From the IMG/VR virus record IMGVR_UViG_3300032214_001034, positions 10,469 through 74,468 of that record: a stretch of 64,000 nt of DNA; one strand, given 5' to 3'. Positions 36,999 through 47,013 of this stretch are shown here, one piece after another. The notes beneath the pieces were generated by a model. That model worked only from the letters and a program-made list of their open reading frames with translations. It searched no databases and was not told the DNA's origin. The stretch's first letter is position 1. Each line of letters begins with the position of its first letter. The translations under genes were made by a program, and so were the position numbers. This stretch comes from a virus.

Positions 36999-38984
36999 AT
37001 GGCATTAAGAGCACTCGGAAATCCACTTGCAAGTTTTATAGATTACCTAGCAAAGACTGGTACTGATGCTTCTACTCCACCACCAACCTTAGAAGGTTTA
37101 ACAGCAACTGGTGGTGTGATTAGTGATTATGTTGATCCGGGATCTGGCGCAATTTATCGAGCACATATATTTAATTCTACGGGTACTTTTTCCGTAACTT
37201 CTGTCGGTGATTATGGTGATACTGTTGATTATTTGCTTGTAGGTGGTGGTGGTGCCGGTGGAATGGGTTTAAATGGTGGTGGTGGTGGAGGAGCAGGAAG
37301 ATACTTGACGGGCACTACTCCAATTCCATCACCATCTTCTTTTTCAATTTCTGTTGGTGGTGGTGGTGCAATAAATTTTCCTGGAGATGGAATAACGGGA
37401 TCTAATAGTGTTGCATCTTTCCCAGCAGGAACAATCACCGCACAAGGAGGTGGTGGAGGAGGTGGAAATGCCAATGCTGGTCTTGCTGGCGGTTCTGGTG
37501 GTGGTGCAGGTAGAGATTCTAATGGTGCTGCTGGTGGATCTGCAACTCCTGGTCCTGGTGGAAATGCTGGTGGAACTTCTGGTTCTTCTACCTCTTTTTC
37601 CGCATCTGGTGGTGGTGGTGGTGCTGGGAGTGCTGGACAACCATTTCAAGCACCACCAGGACCTGGTGTAGAAGTTTCTGGTGGTGGTGGAAATGGACTT
37701 CCAAATAGTATTTCCGGAACTGAAACAATCTATGCAGCAGGTGGAGGAGGGGCAGGAAGATTAAAAACTGCTGGTGGTTCCTCTGGTGTTGGTGGAGGAG
37801 GTGCTGGATATGCAGATCCCACTAATCCAACTGACCCAAATTACTATAAAGGTAGACAAAGCACTGGATCTGGTGGTGGAGGATCTGGGTATTCTTCACC
37901 ATTTACTTGGAACCCACCACAAATTCCAGGTGGAACTGGTGCATCTGGCGTTGCTGTAATTAGATATCAAATAGGACAATTAACAGCAGCAGCAAAAGCA
38001 ACTGGTGGTGCGATTAGTTATTATCAAGGACAAACCATTCATACCTTTACAAGTTCTGGTACTTTTACTTTACCAGCGTCTTATCCATCAATTTCAGCAC
38101 AAATATTAGTTGTTGCTGGTGGTGGTGCAGGTGGATATAGGCATGGTGGTGGTGGAGGAGGAGGAGGTGTTGTCCACGTTCCTCTTGCAAATGGTTCAAT
38201 TTCTAATGGAACTTATACTATAACTGTTGGTGGTGGTGGAGCAGCAAAAACTGTTGATTATGATGGGGGGGATGATGGAAGTCCTTCGTCATTTGGTCCA
38301 CCTTCATCTGCTTCTGCACCAACTCATCTTCTTGCTCTTGGTGGAGGAGGTGGTGGAACTTGGCAACCTGCTACATCTGGTCCTTGGGGATCAGGACATC
38401 CAGGTGGTTCCGGTGGTGGAGAATATGGAAATCCAGATCAATCTGGTGGAACTGGTTCTCAACCCGCACCAACGGTATTTGGTACATCAACCGGATATGG
38501 AACAAATGGTGGAAGTGGAATCAATTATCCAGGAGATGGTAGAATAGGTGGTGGAGGTGGTGGAGCAGGTGGAGCAGGTGTTCCTGGTGGACCTTCTGCA
38601 CCAGAAACAGGAAATGGTGGACCCGGTATTCAAATACAAATAGCATCAAATCCAAATAATAACTACTATTGGGCTGGTGGTGGTGGTGCTGGTGCTTGGA
38701 ATGCACCAGATTTTAGATCTGCTAATAAAGGAGTTGGTGGTGCTGGTGGTGGTGGCGGTGGATCATCTTGGGATGCTGGAGTTCCTGGTGGTCCTGGTGC
38801 TTCTGGTGGACTTGGAGTTGGTGGAACGGGAACTGCTGGTGCAGTAAATATTGGTGGTGATGGGGCACAATCTACAGGTGGTGGTGGAGGTGGAAACGGT
38901 CAGTCGGACTATTCCACTTGGCCTGCTGTTGGAAGAGGTGGATTTGGTGGTTCTGGTATTGTTATTATTGCTTATCCTTCATAA
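36999..38984 (+). CDS. Gly/Pro-rich adhesin tip (two domains)
   Basis: LTATGG..SDY..YRAHIF; linker LTA.AKATGG.ISYY..TIHTFT; ends GSGIVIIAYPS. Confidence 0.65.
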   Translation: MALRALGNPLASFIDYLAKTGTDASTPPPTLEGLTATGGVISDYVDPGSGAIYRAHIFNSTGTFSVTSVGDYGDTVDYLLVGGGGAGGMGLNGGGGGGAGRYLTGTTPIPSPSSFSISVGGGGAINFPGDGITGSNSVASFPAGTITAQGGGGGGGNANAGLAGGSGGGAGRDSNGAAGGSATPGPGGNAGGTSGSSTSFSASGGGGGAGSAGQPFQAPPGPGVEVSGGGGNGLPNSISGTETIYAAGGGGAGRLKTAGGSSGVGGGGAGYADPTNPTDPNYYKGRQSTGSGGGGSGYSSPFTWNPPQIPGGTGASGVAVIRYQIGQLTAAAKATGGAISYYQGQTIHTFTSSGTFTLPASYPSISAQILVVAGGGAGGYRHGGGGGGGGVVHVPLANGSISNGTYTITVGGGGAAKTVDYDGGDDGSPSSFGPPSSASAPTHLLALGGGGGGTWQPATSGPWGSGHPGGSGGGEYGNPDQSGGTGSQPAPTVFGTSTGYGTNGGSGINYPGDGRIGGGGGGAGGAGVPGGPSAPETGNGGPGIQIQIASNPNNNYYWAGGGGAGAWNAPDFRSANKGVGGAGGGGGGSSWDAGVPGGPGASGGLGVGGTGTAGAVNIGGDGAQSTGGGGGGNGQSDYSTWPAVGRGGFGGSGIVIIAYPS

Positions 38985-39002
38985 ATACTCAAAAAGCATA
39001 AA

Positions 39003-40979
39003 ATGGGCGTAAGATCGGTCAATAATTCACTACAACAGTTTTTAGACACTTTTGTAAGAAGTGGTACTGATGCGTCTACCCCTTCTGTTGCGCCATCAGG
39101 ATTAACAGCAACTGGTGGCGTTATTAGTGATTATGTAGATGGTTCTAATGTTTATAGAGCACACATCTTTACATCAACAGGAACATTTTCAGTAAGTTCT
39201 ATTGGATCTTATGGTTCTAATGTTGAATATCTCGTGGTTGCTGGTGGTGGAGGAGGTGGTGGACATAATACTGGTGGTGGAGGAGGTGCTGGAGGTTTAA
39301 GAACTAATCTTACCGGACATCCATTAGCAGGTTCAGCATTTCCAGTATCAACTTCGCCCGGATCTTATACAGTTACTATTGGATCTGGTGGAATAGGAGG
39401 AGCTCCCTCAGGAAATTCTGGCACTCAGGGTGGTCCATCATCTTTTGGTCCTATTACATCAACAGGTGGTGGATATGGTGGTAAAGGTGTAACTGCATCC
39501 CCAAATGCTGCTCCTGGTGGACCTGGTGGATCTGGTGGAGGTGGAGGTGGAGATGATACTGCTGGCCCATATCCCGGTGGTACTGGCACTTCCGGACAAG
39601 GAAATAATGGTGGATTTGGATATGCACCAGGAGCAAGAGGTGGCGGCGGCGGTGGAATAAGTGCCGAAGGAACTCCCGGTGCATCTGTTGCTGGTCCTGG
39701 TGGCGCAGGTGTTCAAGTTGCTATTGCTGGCCCACCAACATCTACTGGCATAGTTGGCGCATTAAATCCTGGTCCGGGTGAATATCAGTGGTTTGCTGGT
39801 GGTGGCGGCGGCGGTGGAAATGTCAATGCCGGAACTGGTGGTGTAGGTGGTGGTGGAACTGGTGGAACTGGAGGTGGACCTCCAGGAATACCATTTTCTG
39901 CTCCATCACGAGGAACTTATGCTACTGGAGGCGGTGGAGGTGGTGCCGCTGGATGGGGAACAGCAGTTCCTGGAGGTAATGGCGGTTCCGGAATCGTAGT
40001 AGTAAGATATAAAATTGGACAATTAACAGCAACCGCAAAAGCAACTGGTGGTTCTATAAGTTACTATGATGGTAAGACAATTCATACCTTTACGACTTCT
40101 GGTACTTTTACTGCTCCAGGATCATTTAATGAGACTGTAGAATATGTTGTAATTGCTGGTGGTGGTAGTGGTGCTGCTGTATTTGGTGGAGGTGGTGCTG
40201 GTGGATACAGAGAAGGAAGTGTGCCAATTTCCGGTCCATCATCTACTACAATTCAAGTTGGAGCTGGTGCAGCAGGAGTTTCTTACCCTGCCGGTGGTGC
40301 ATTATCTGGTTCACAAGGAACTTCATCTTATTTTGGAGCACCAATAACATCCGATGGTGGGGGTTTTGGTGCCAGTGGACCTGGTGTAGTTGGTGGACCT
40401 GGTGGATCTGGTGGTGGTGGATCCGACTGGGCAGCAACAGGAGCTGCTGGTGGACCGGCAACTGGATATCCAGGACCATCTCAACAAGGATTTCCTGGAG
40501 GAAGTGGATCTGGTGTTGATGCTGGCGGTGGCGGTGGTGGCGGCGCTGGCGGTGCGGGAGGAAATGGTTCTTCTCCATCTGGTGGACTTGGTGGATTGGG
40601 AAGACAAGTACCAGCAACATTTAGAAACCCAAAATCATCTACATCATTAGGATCTTCTGGACCAACGGGACCAGTTCCTGCAACAAATCCTGGAGGAGAT
40701 ACTAGTGGTCTATATTGGTTTGCAGGTGGTGGTGGTGGTGGAGCATATCACGGACCAACAGGAGCTAATCCAGCATCAACTGGTGGTGGTGGAGGAGGAG
40801 GGCCTGTCCCATCTCCATATGCAGGTGCTGGTAATGGTGGAATAAATCCAAATGGAAATGGTAGTCCCGGAAAGGAAAACACTGGTGGCGGAGGAGGAGG
40901 AGGAACTAGAGATCTTGTTACAAAAAGTGCCAGTGGATCTGGTGGTTCCGGAATAGTCCTAATTGCTTATCCTTCATAA
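39003..40979 (+). CDS. Gly/Pro-rich adhesin tip (two domains)
   Basis: Same architecture as 36999 ORF. Confidence 0.65.
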   Translation: MGVRSVNNSLQQFLDTFVRSGTDASTPSVAPSGLTATGGVISDYVDGSNVYRAHIFTSTGTFSVSSIGSYGSNVEYLVVAGGGGGGGHNTGGGGGAGGLRTNLTGHPLAGSAFPVSTSPGSYTVTIGSGGIGGAPSGNSGTQGGPSSFGPITSTGGGYGGKGVTASPNAAPGGPGGSGGGGGGDDTAGPYPGGTGTSGQGNNGGFGYAPGARGGGGGGISAEGTPGASVAGPGGAGVQVAIAGPPTSTGIVGALNPGPGEYQWFAGGGGGGGNVNAGTGGVGGGGTGGTGGGPPGIPFSAPSRGTYATGGGGGGAAGWGTAVPGGNGGSGIVVVRYKIGQLTATAKATGGSISYYDGKTIHTFTTSGTFTAPGSFNETVEYVVIAGGGSGAAVFGGGGAGGYREGSVPISGPSSTTIQVGAGAAGVSYPAGGALSGSQGTSSYFGAPITSDGGGFGASGPGVVGGPGGSGGGGSDWAATGAAGGPATGYPGPSQQGFPGGSGSGVDAGGGGGGGAGGAGGNGSSPSGGLGGLGRQVPATFRNPKSSTSLGSSGPTGPVPATNPGGDTSGLYWFAGGGGGGAYHGPTGANPASTGGGGGGGPVPSPYAGAGNGGINPNGNGSPGKENTGGGGGGGTRDLVTKSASGSGGSGIVLIAYPS

Positions 40980-40999
40980 ATAACTAAAAAAGAAATAAG

Positions 41000-41692
41000 A
41001 TGGCAATAGGACGCCCAGTATCATTAACATCGAATGTGGCTTCTAAAACCATCAGTGTAACTGCAACAGCATCTCAGACGCTTTTTACAGTCACTGGTGG
41101 TTATAGAATCAATCAACTTGCAGTATTTCGTAATGGTGTTCGTTTAGTTGATGGGACTGATTACACTGCAAGAGATGGTGCATCAGTCACTCTTCTTTCT
41201 GCAGCAACTGCAGGAGATACATTAGAGTTTCAGATTTTTGATGATTTCCGTGTTGCTGATGCGATTGTTTCTGCTGAGTCAGATCAAACAATCTATGGAA
41301 ATCTAACTGTTACTGGTACATTAACTGGTGCATCAATTGGTATTCAGTCTGCAGGAACTTCTGTTGGTTCTGCAACAACACTTAACTTTATAGGTGTTGG
41401 TAATACCTTTGCGGTTAATGGCAATACAATTGATATTAGTATTGCTGGTGGCGGTGGTGGTGGTCTTGGAACTGCAATCAACTATTCCAATGGAACTACC
41501 ACACCATTTAGTTACATTGATAGAGAAGCAACAATAGGTCAAGATATTGTTCTTGATACTTTAAATGCTGGTGAGAGTTCATCAATTATCGTTTCAGTTA
41601 TTCCAAACATTACTATTGCATCTGGTGTTGGAGTAACTGTTGGTGCAGGTAAGACAATGGTTATTGATGTCCTTCAAATCGGAGATCTCTGA
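41000..41692 (+). CDS. Fibre stalk/branch protein
   Basis: MAIGRP N-terminus, NGVRL.DG.DY.A.D domain and TLNF.G.GNTFAVNG..DISI.GGGGGG shared with 34756 ORF. Confidence 0.6.
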   Translation: MAIGRPVSLTSNVASKTISVTATASQTLFTVTGGYRINQLAVFRNGVRLVDGTDYTARDGASVTLLSAATAGDTLEFQIFDDFRVADAIVSAESDQTIYGNLTVTGTLTGASIGIQSAGTSVGSATTLNFIGVGNTFAVNGNTIDISIAGGGGGGLGTAINYSNGTTTPFSYIDREATIGQDIVLDTLNAGESSSIIVSVIPNITIASGVGVTVGAGKTMVIDVLQIGDL

Positions 41693-41925
41693 TGTCAAGT
41701 TTAAGAGTTACTACTTTAAGAGGTAGATCAGGTAATGAAAGCCCATCATTACCTGATGGTGTCGTCATTACTGGTATTGCAACTGCTACTGGATTTAGTG
41801 GCAATTTAACTGGTAATGCAACGGGACTTTCTGGTACTCCAGATATTGTTGTTGGAACTATCACTGCATCGACGTATGTGGGTGTTCCAGCGTCATCAGA
41901 TTGGCGTGATAGTTCACTCTTCTAA
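41692..41925 (+). CDS. Short stalk, C-terminus DWRDSSLF
   Basis: MS.L.V N-terminus and G.ATAT.F.GN.TG shared with 44297 and 47014 ORFs. Confidence 0.6.
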   Translation: MSSLRVTTLRGRSGNESPSLPDGVVITGIATATGFSGNLTGNATGLSGTPDIVVGTITASTYVGVPASSDWRDSSLF

Positions 41926-41947
41926 ATAGATATAAAACAGAAATAAG

Positions 41948-42310
41948 ATGGCACTTAATAGAGGCAACTTAGGGAATGTAACGCAGGTTTCAGCAGCGAC
42001 CACGACTGCAGTATATACTGTTGGTTCTGCTCAGACTGCTTATATTAAGAGTGTTCTGATCACCAATCTGAGTGCATCTGCAACTCAAAATGTTCAGGTT
42101 CATGTAGTTCCAAACAGCGGTGGAAGTGCTGGGACTGCATCATCAACCACAAGAATTGCAAGAATTGGTATATCAACAGATGATACATTCTTCTTTGAGC
42201 CAGCATATCCAATCACATTAACCGCAACTGGAGATACTTTACAGGTTTATAATGAAGGTTTAACATCAAACTCCGTTAATGTTCTGGTATTAGGCGACAA
42301 AGAGGTATGA
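41948..42310 (+). CDS. Fibre adaptor protein, type B
   Basis: TAYIKSV..TN...RIARI...DTFFFEPAYPITL...VNVLVLGD.EV. Confidence 0.6.
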   Translation: MALNRGNLGNVTQVSAATTTAVYTVGSAQTAYIKSVLITNLSASATQNVQVHVVPNSGGSAGTASSTTRIARIGISTDDTFFFEPAYPITLTATGDTLQVYNEGLTSNSVNVLVLGDKEV

Positions 42311-42311
42311 T

Positions 42312-44276
42312 ATGGCATTTAAGAATATTCAAGGCAACGTAAGAAATAGTCTTTTAGATTATTTCGTAAGTGGTAAAGCAGTTCAGTATCATTCTAATCA
42401 GTTTGGTGGAGCAGTAATATTATCAGGATTAACAGCAACTGGTGGTGTCATTAGTGATTATACTGACGGTTCTACTGTTTATAGAGCTCATATCTTTACT
42501 TCATCGGGAACTTTTAATGTAACTGCTACTGGTTCTTATGGTGATACTGTAGAATATCTTGTGGTTGCTGGTGGAGGTGGAGGCGCTGCTAGGCATGGCG
42601 GAGGTGGTGGAGCTGGAGGTCTTTTAGTGAGTCCGGGATTTACTGGAATTCCAACATCACAAAATCAAGGATCATCTATAACAATTCCAGGAACTTTACC
42701 CGCACCTTATTCTATAACCGTTGGTGCTGGTGGTGTTGGAGGTATGGGTCCAGATAGCAACAATTCACCAACAACCATTGGAACCCAAGGTGGTCCATCA
42801 TCATTTGGTCCTGTTTCTACAACTGGTGGTGGTTATGGTGCTTCATATATACCATCTCCACCGGGAGCAAATCCTGGTGGTCCTGGTGGATCTGGTGGTG
42901 GAGGTTCTAATTTTGATACTTCAACGTTTGGAATTGGTGGACCTGCAACTAATTATCCTGGACCAACGCAGCAAGGTTTTCCTGGTGGTGCTGGAGGTCC
43001 GGGAGTCCCATCTCATGGTGCAGGCGCCGGCGGCGGCGCGGGTGAAGCAGGTCAAAATGCAGTTTCTCCTCAAACTGGTGGAAGAGGTGGTGCTGGACTA
43101 ACAGTTTATATTGCATCCCCACCAGCACAACCAGCACCACAAAACTCCTTTGCCGGTGGTGGAGGTGGTGGTGGAGATATTGCCGGCGCAGGATCACCAA
43201 TAGGAGGTGGAGGTGCTGGTGGAGCTGGTGGTGGACAAAGTGGAACTGCCGGAACTTTTGCAACTGGTGGAGGCGGAGGAGGATCAAGAACTATTGGACC
43301 AGGTAATGGTGGCAACGGTGGTTCCGGAATCGTAGTAGTTCGCTACCAAATCGCTCAATTAACAGCAACCGCAAAAGCAACTGGTGGTTCTATAAGTTAT
43401 TATAATGGCAAGACAATTCATACCTTTACGAGTTCTGGTACTTTTGCTGCACCTTCACCACTAAACCCAACATCATTGTCTGTTGAGTATGTTGTAGTTG
43501 GTGGTGGAGGTGCAGGTGGATCTGGACAAAGAGCTGGTGGTGGTGGAGGTGCTGGACAATATCTTACTGGTTCATCAACTATTCCATCTGGTTCTTCTTT
43601 CCCAATTTCTATTGGTGCTGGTGGAGCACAAGTAACAACATCAACCGAAGGGACATCTGCAAGTGATGGTGCTCTTGGAACACAAACTGTAGCAACATTC
43701 CCAGCAGGAACTATAACCTCTGGTGGTGGGGGCGGTGGTGGTGGATATCAAAGAGCAGGTAAAGCAGGTTCTCCTACCGGCGCATCTGGTGGAGGTGGTG
43801 GTAGAGATGGATCATCTGCAGGACCATCTGCTGGACCTGGAGGAAATCCAGGAGGAACTGGGGGACCAGGATCTGGATATGGAGGTGCTGGTGGAGGCGG
43901 TGGTGCTGGTGGTGCTGGAGTGAATGGATCAAATCCAGGAGCTTCAACAGAAACTGCCGGACCAGGTGGACCCGGAGTACAAGTTCCTGCAACATTTAGA
44001 AATCCACAATCAGCAACATCTTTAGGAACTCCTGGTCCAGGAGGTGCATATTATATTGCAGGTGGAGGTGGTGGTACTGCTTATAGACCTGGTGGACAGG
44101 GAACTGGTGGTGTTGGTGGTGGAGGAGCAGGATCTTCGGAAGTTTCAGGAGGCACTCCCGGACAACAATATGCTAAAGAAAACACCGGAAGTGGAGGTGG
44201 TGGTGGAGGAACAGGAACATATCTTCCTGCTGGTTCTGGTGGTTCCGGAATTGTCCTCATCGCATATCCTTCATAA
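42312..44276 (+). CDS. Gly/Pro-rich adhesin tip (two domains)
   Basis: Same architecture as 36999 and 39003 ORFs. Confidence 0.65.
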   Translation: MAFKNIQGNVRNSLLDYFVSGKAVQYHSNQFGGAVILSGLTATGGVISDYTDGSTVYRAHIFTSSGTFNVTATGSYGDTVEYLVVAGGGGGAARHGGGGGAGGLLVSPGFTGIPTSQNQGSSITIPGTLPAPYSITVGAGGVGGMGPDSNNSPTTIGTQGGPSSFGPVSTTGGGYGASYIPSPPGANPGGPGGSGGGGSNFDTSTFGIGGPATNYPGPTQQGFPGGAGGPGVPSHGAGAGGGAGEAGQNAVSPQTGGRGGAGLTVYIASPPAQPAPQNSFAGGGGGGGDIAGAGSPIGGGGAGGAGGGQSGTAGTFATGGGGGGSRTIGPGNGGNGGSGIVVVRYQIAQLTATAKATGGSISYYNGKTIHTFTSSGTFAAPSPLNPTSLSVEYVVVGGGGAGGSGQRAGGGGGAGQYLTGSSTIPSGSSFPISIGAGGAQVTTSTEGTSASDGALGTQTVATFPAGTITSGGGGGGGGYQRAGKAGSPTGASGGGGGRDGSSAGPSAGPGGNPGGTGGPGSGYGGAGGGGGAGGAGVNGSNPGASTETAGPGGPGVQVPATFRNPQSATSLGTPGPGGAYYIAGGGGGTAYRPGGQGTGGVGGGGAGSSEVSGGTPGQQYAKENTGSGGGGGGTGTYLPAGSGGSGIVLIAYPS

Positions 44277-44296
44277 ATACCTAAAAACATAGACAA

Positions 44297-44533
44297 ATGT
44301 CAAAGATACAAGTTGATGAAATCGTAGATAAACTAGATGCAGGTGCTCCCACATTTACAAAGGGAGTATCTGTAGCTGGTGTTGCTACTGCTACAACTTT
44401 TAATGGAAACGTAACTGGTATTGCTATTACTGCAACATCAACGATTAGTGTTGGTGGAACAAGTGTAAATACTTTGATTGACAATAAAACATCACCAGGA
44501 AAAGCAATTGCTTTGTCAATGGTCTTCGGTTGA
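44297..44533 (+). CDS. Short stalk, C-terminus GKAIALSMVFG
   Basis: MSKIQVDEI N-terminus; GVATATTFNGNVTG. Confidence 0.6.
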   Translation: MSKIQVDEIVDKLDAGAPTFTKGVSVAGVATATTFNGNVTGIAITATSTISVGGTSVNTLIDNKTSPGKAIALSMVFG

Positions 44534-44562
44534 TAAATAAACAAAAGAGGTATTGTAAGTAA

Positions 44563-44964
44563 ATGGCTGCTCCGAATATAGTAAATGTTGCATCTATTGC
44601 AGGAATAACGACATATCACGCAGGTATTGCCGCAACTACTGGTGGTCGTGGTGCATTAGGTATTACAACTGTTGTTTCTAACGCAGCAGCAAGCGGAAAA
44701 GTTTTAAAAATTAACTCTTTAGTTGCAGCAGGAATTGGAAACACAACGGGAGTTACTTTACAACACTTCAATAACGTAAATCACGTTTCTGCATCAAGTA
44801 CAGTTTCCATCGCAATGACTGTATCAGTACCAACATACTCTACATTAGTACTGATCAGTAAAGAAAATTCAATATACTTAGAAGAAAATACCTCTCTTGG
44901 AGTCTTTGCTCAACCAGGCACAGGACGTATTGATGTAGTTTGCTCTTACGAAGAAATTAGTTGA
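44563..44964 (+). CDS. Fibre adaptor protein, type A
   Basis: MAAPNIVNV...KVLKINSL...VSVP..STL..I.K...IYLEE...IDVVCSYEEIS. Confidence 0.6.
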   Translation: MAAPNIVNVASIAGITTYHAGIAATTGGRGALGITTVVSNAAASGKVLKINSLVAAGIGNTTGVTLQHFNNVNHVSASSTVSIAMTVSVPTYSTLVLISKENSIYLEENTSLGVFAQPGTGRIDVVCSYEEIS

Positions 44965-44976
44965 GGAGAGTGAACA

Positions 44977-46992
44977 ATGAGTTATCTTGGAAGAAGAATT
45001 GGTAAGTCACAGGATACTGCTACTGATACTGGAGATGGTGCAGGTGGTGGTCTTTTAGATCTTTTTACAAACGGATATTTTCAAAGACAAGGAAACATTT
45101 ATAATGCTCCTGGAATAATACCACAAGGATTAACAGCAACTGGTGGTATTATTAGTGATTATGTAGATGGATCGACGGTTTATAGAGCACATATCTTTAC
45201 TTCATCAGGTACTTTTAGTGTAAGTTCTATTGGTGGTTATGGATCTAATGTAGAGTATCTTGTTGTTGCTGGTGGCGGCGGCGGTGGCGGAGGATGGCAG
45301 GCAGGTGGCGGAGGCGCTGGTGGGTACAGAAGTAGTGTATCTGGCGAAAGTTCTGGTGGTGGAGCAAGTGCAGAAAGCGCATTTCCAGTATCAGCATCTC
45401 CCGGTTCATATACAGTAACAATTGGTGCTGGTGGTGTTGGTGGTCAACCCAGTCCAGGATCATTCGGAGCATTTACTGGTAGTCAAGGAGGACCATCTTC
45501 ATTTGGTCCTATAACGTCTACAGGTGGTGGTTATGGTGCAACTTATATAAATCCCGGTGATAATCCAGGAGGACCTGGTGGTTCAGGTGGTGGTGCTGGT
45601 GATAGTGGAACTTCAGCAACCGCATCAGGAGGAACTGGTACTCCTGGACAGGGGTATAATGGTGGTGGTAGATCAGGTCCTTATGCACCAAACTATACCG
45701 GTGGCGGCGGCGGAGGCGCTGGCGGAGTTGGATCTACCGGAGGTACTAGTCTTGCACCAGGTGGTAATGGTGTTGCATCATCTATTACAGGTTCTTCTGT
45801 GATAAGAGCTGGTGGTGGTGGAGGAGGATCATATAGTTTATCTGTGGGTGGAACAGGTGGTTCTGGTGGTGGTGGAACAGGTGGTGGAGGATCTCCAGCC
45901 ACAAATTCAACTGAAGGAACTTACTCAACCGGCGGGGGCGGTGGTGGACAAGGTACATTAGCCGTTGGATCTAATGGTGGTTCTGGAATCGTAGTAGTAA
46001 GATATCAAATAGGTTTATTAACAGCAACCGCAAAAGCAACTGGTGGTGCTATTAGTTACTATGGTGGTAAGACTATTCATACCTTTACGAGTTCTGGTAC
46101 TTTTGCAACAGAACCTAATTGGACTTCAACTAATGTAGAGTATGTTGTAGTTGGTGGGGGGGCTGGTGGAGCAGGTGGGACTGGTGGTGCTGGTTCAGGT
46201 GGTGGTGGAGGTGCTGGTGGATTTATTACAAATACAAATCATCCAATTGGCACTCATCCAGTATCAGTATCCGTTGTTGTTGGAGCAGGAGGTAGATTGG
46301 GATATGCTCCAGGACCTACTGCACCAGATACAAGAGGAACTAATGGATCTCCATCTTATTTTGGTCCATCATTAGTTGGTTATGGTGGTGGTCGTGGTAG
46401 TGGTGGATATCCAACACCATCACAATCTGCAGATAATGGGGGATCTGGTGGTGGAGCACAGCCTCGTGCTGGTGCTGGTGCTCCTGATAATATTGGAGGT
46501 CTTGGTGATAGACAAACTGGAACTTCCACTCCTGCACCAATCACTCCACAAGGATTCCCTGGCGGTAATTCTTTAGGACCTGTTGCGATTGGTGGTGGTG
46601 GCGGAGGTGCAGGCGGCGCTGGTACTGATGGTGGACCAGGAGCAGCTCATGGTGGTATTGGAAAACAAGTTCCAGCGACATTTAGAAATCCATTATCAGC
46701 ACCAGGACCAAATGGAGGTGGTTTAGGATTCCCTGGACCTTCCGGATCTTATTGGCTTGCTGGAGGTGGTGGAGGTGGTGGATGGTCTGCAACCGCAGGT
46801 GGATCAGGTGGTGGTCCTGGTGGACCTTATGCTGGTGCAGGTAGTGGAGGACCATCAAGTTCACCTAGTGATGGATTTGCTGCAAAAGAAAATTCTGGAT
46901 CTGGTGGAGGCGGAGGTGGAGAAAATCCTGATCCATTTAGTCCGGGTGCTTCGGGTGGTTCCGGAATCGTCCTCATTGCTTATCCTTCATAA
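44977..46992 (+). CDS. Gly/Pro-rich adhesin tip (two domains)
   Basis: YLGR N-terminus; same two-domain architecture; ends GIVLIAYPS. Confidence 0.65.
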   Translation: MSYLGRRIGKSQDTATDTGDGAGGGLLDLFTNGYFQRQGNIYNAPGIIPQGLTATGGIISDYVDGSTVYRAHIFTSSGTFSVSSIGGYGSNVEYLVVAGGGGGGGGWQAGGGGAGGYRSSVSGESSGGGASAESAFPVSASPGSYTVTIGAGGVGGQPSPGSFGAFTGSQGGPSSFGPITSTGGGYGATYINPGDNPGGPGGSGGGAGDSGTSATASGGTGTPGQGYNGGGRSGPYAPNYTGGGGGGAGGVGSTGGTSLAPGGNGVASSITGSSVIRAGGGGGGSYSLSVGGTGGSGGGGTGGGGSPATNSTEGTYSTGGGGGGQGTLAVGSNGGSGIVVVRYQIGLLTATAKATGGAISYYGGKTIHTFTSSGTFATEPNWTSTNVEYVVVGGGAGGAGGTGGAGSGGGGGAGGFITNTNHPIGTHPVSVSVVVGAGGRLGYAPGPTAPDTRGTNGSPSYFGPSLVGYGGGRGSGGYPTPSQSADNGGSGGGAQPRAGAGAPDNIGGLGDRQTGTSTPAPITPQGFPGGNSLGPVAIGGGGGGAGGAGTDGGPGAAHGGIGKQVPATFRNPLSAPGPNGGGLGFPGPSGSYWLAGGGGGGGWSATAGGSGGGPGGPYAGAGSGGPSSSPSDGFAAKENSGSGGGGGGENPDPFSPGASGGSGIVLIAYPS

Positions 46993-47013
46993 ATATCTAA
47001 AAAGTAGTTAAAA

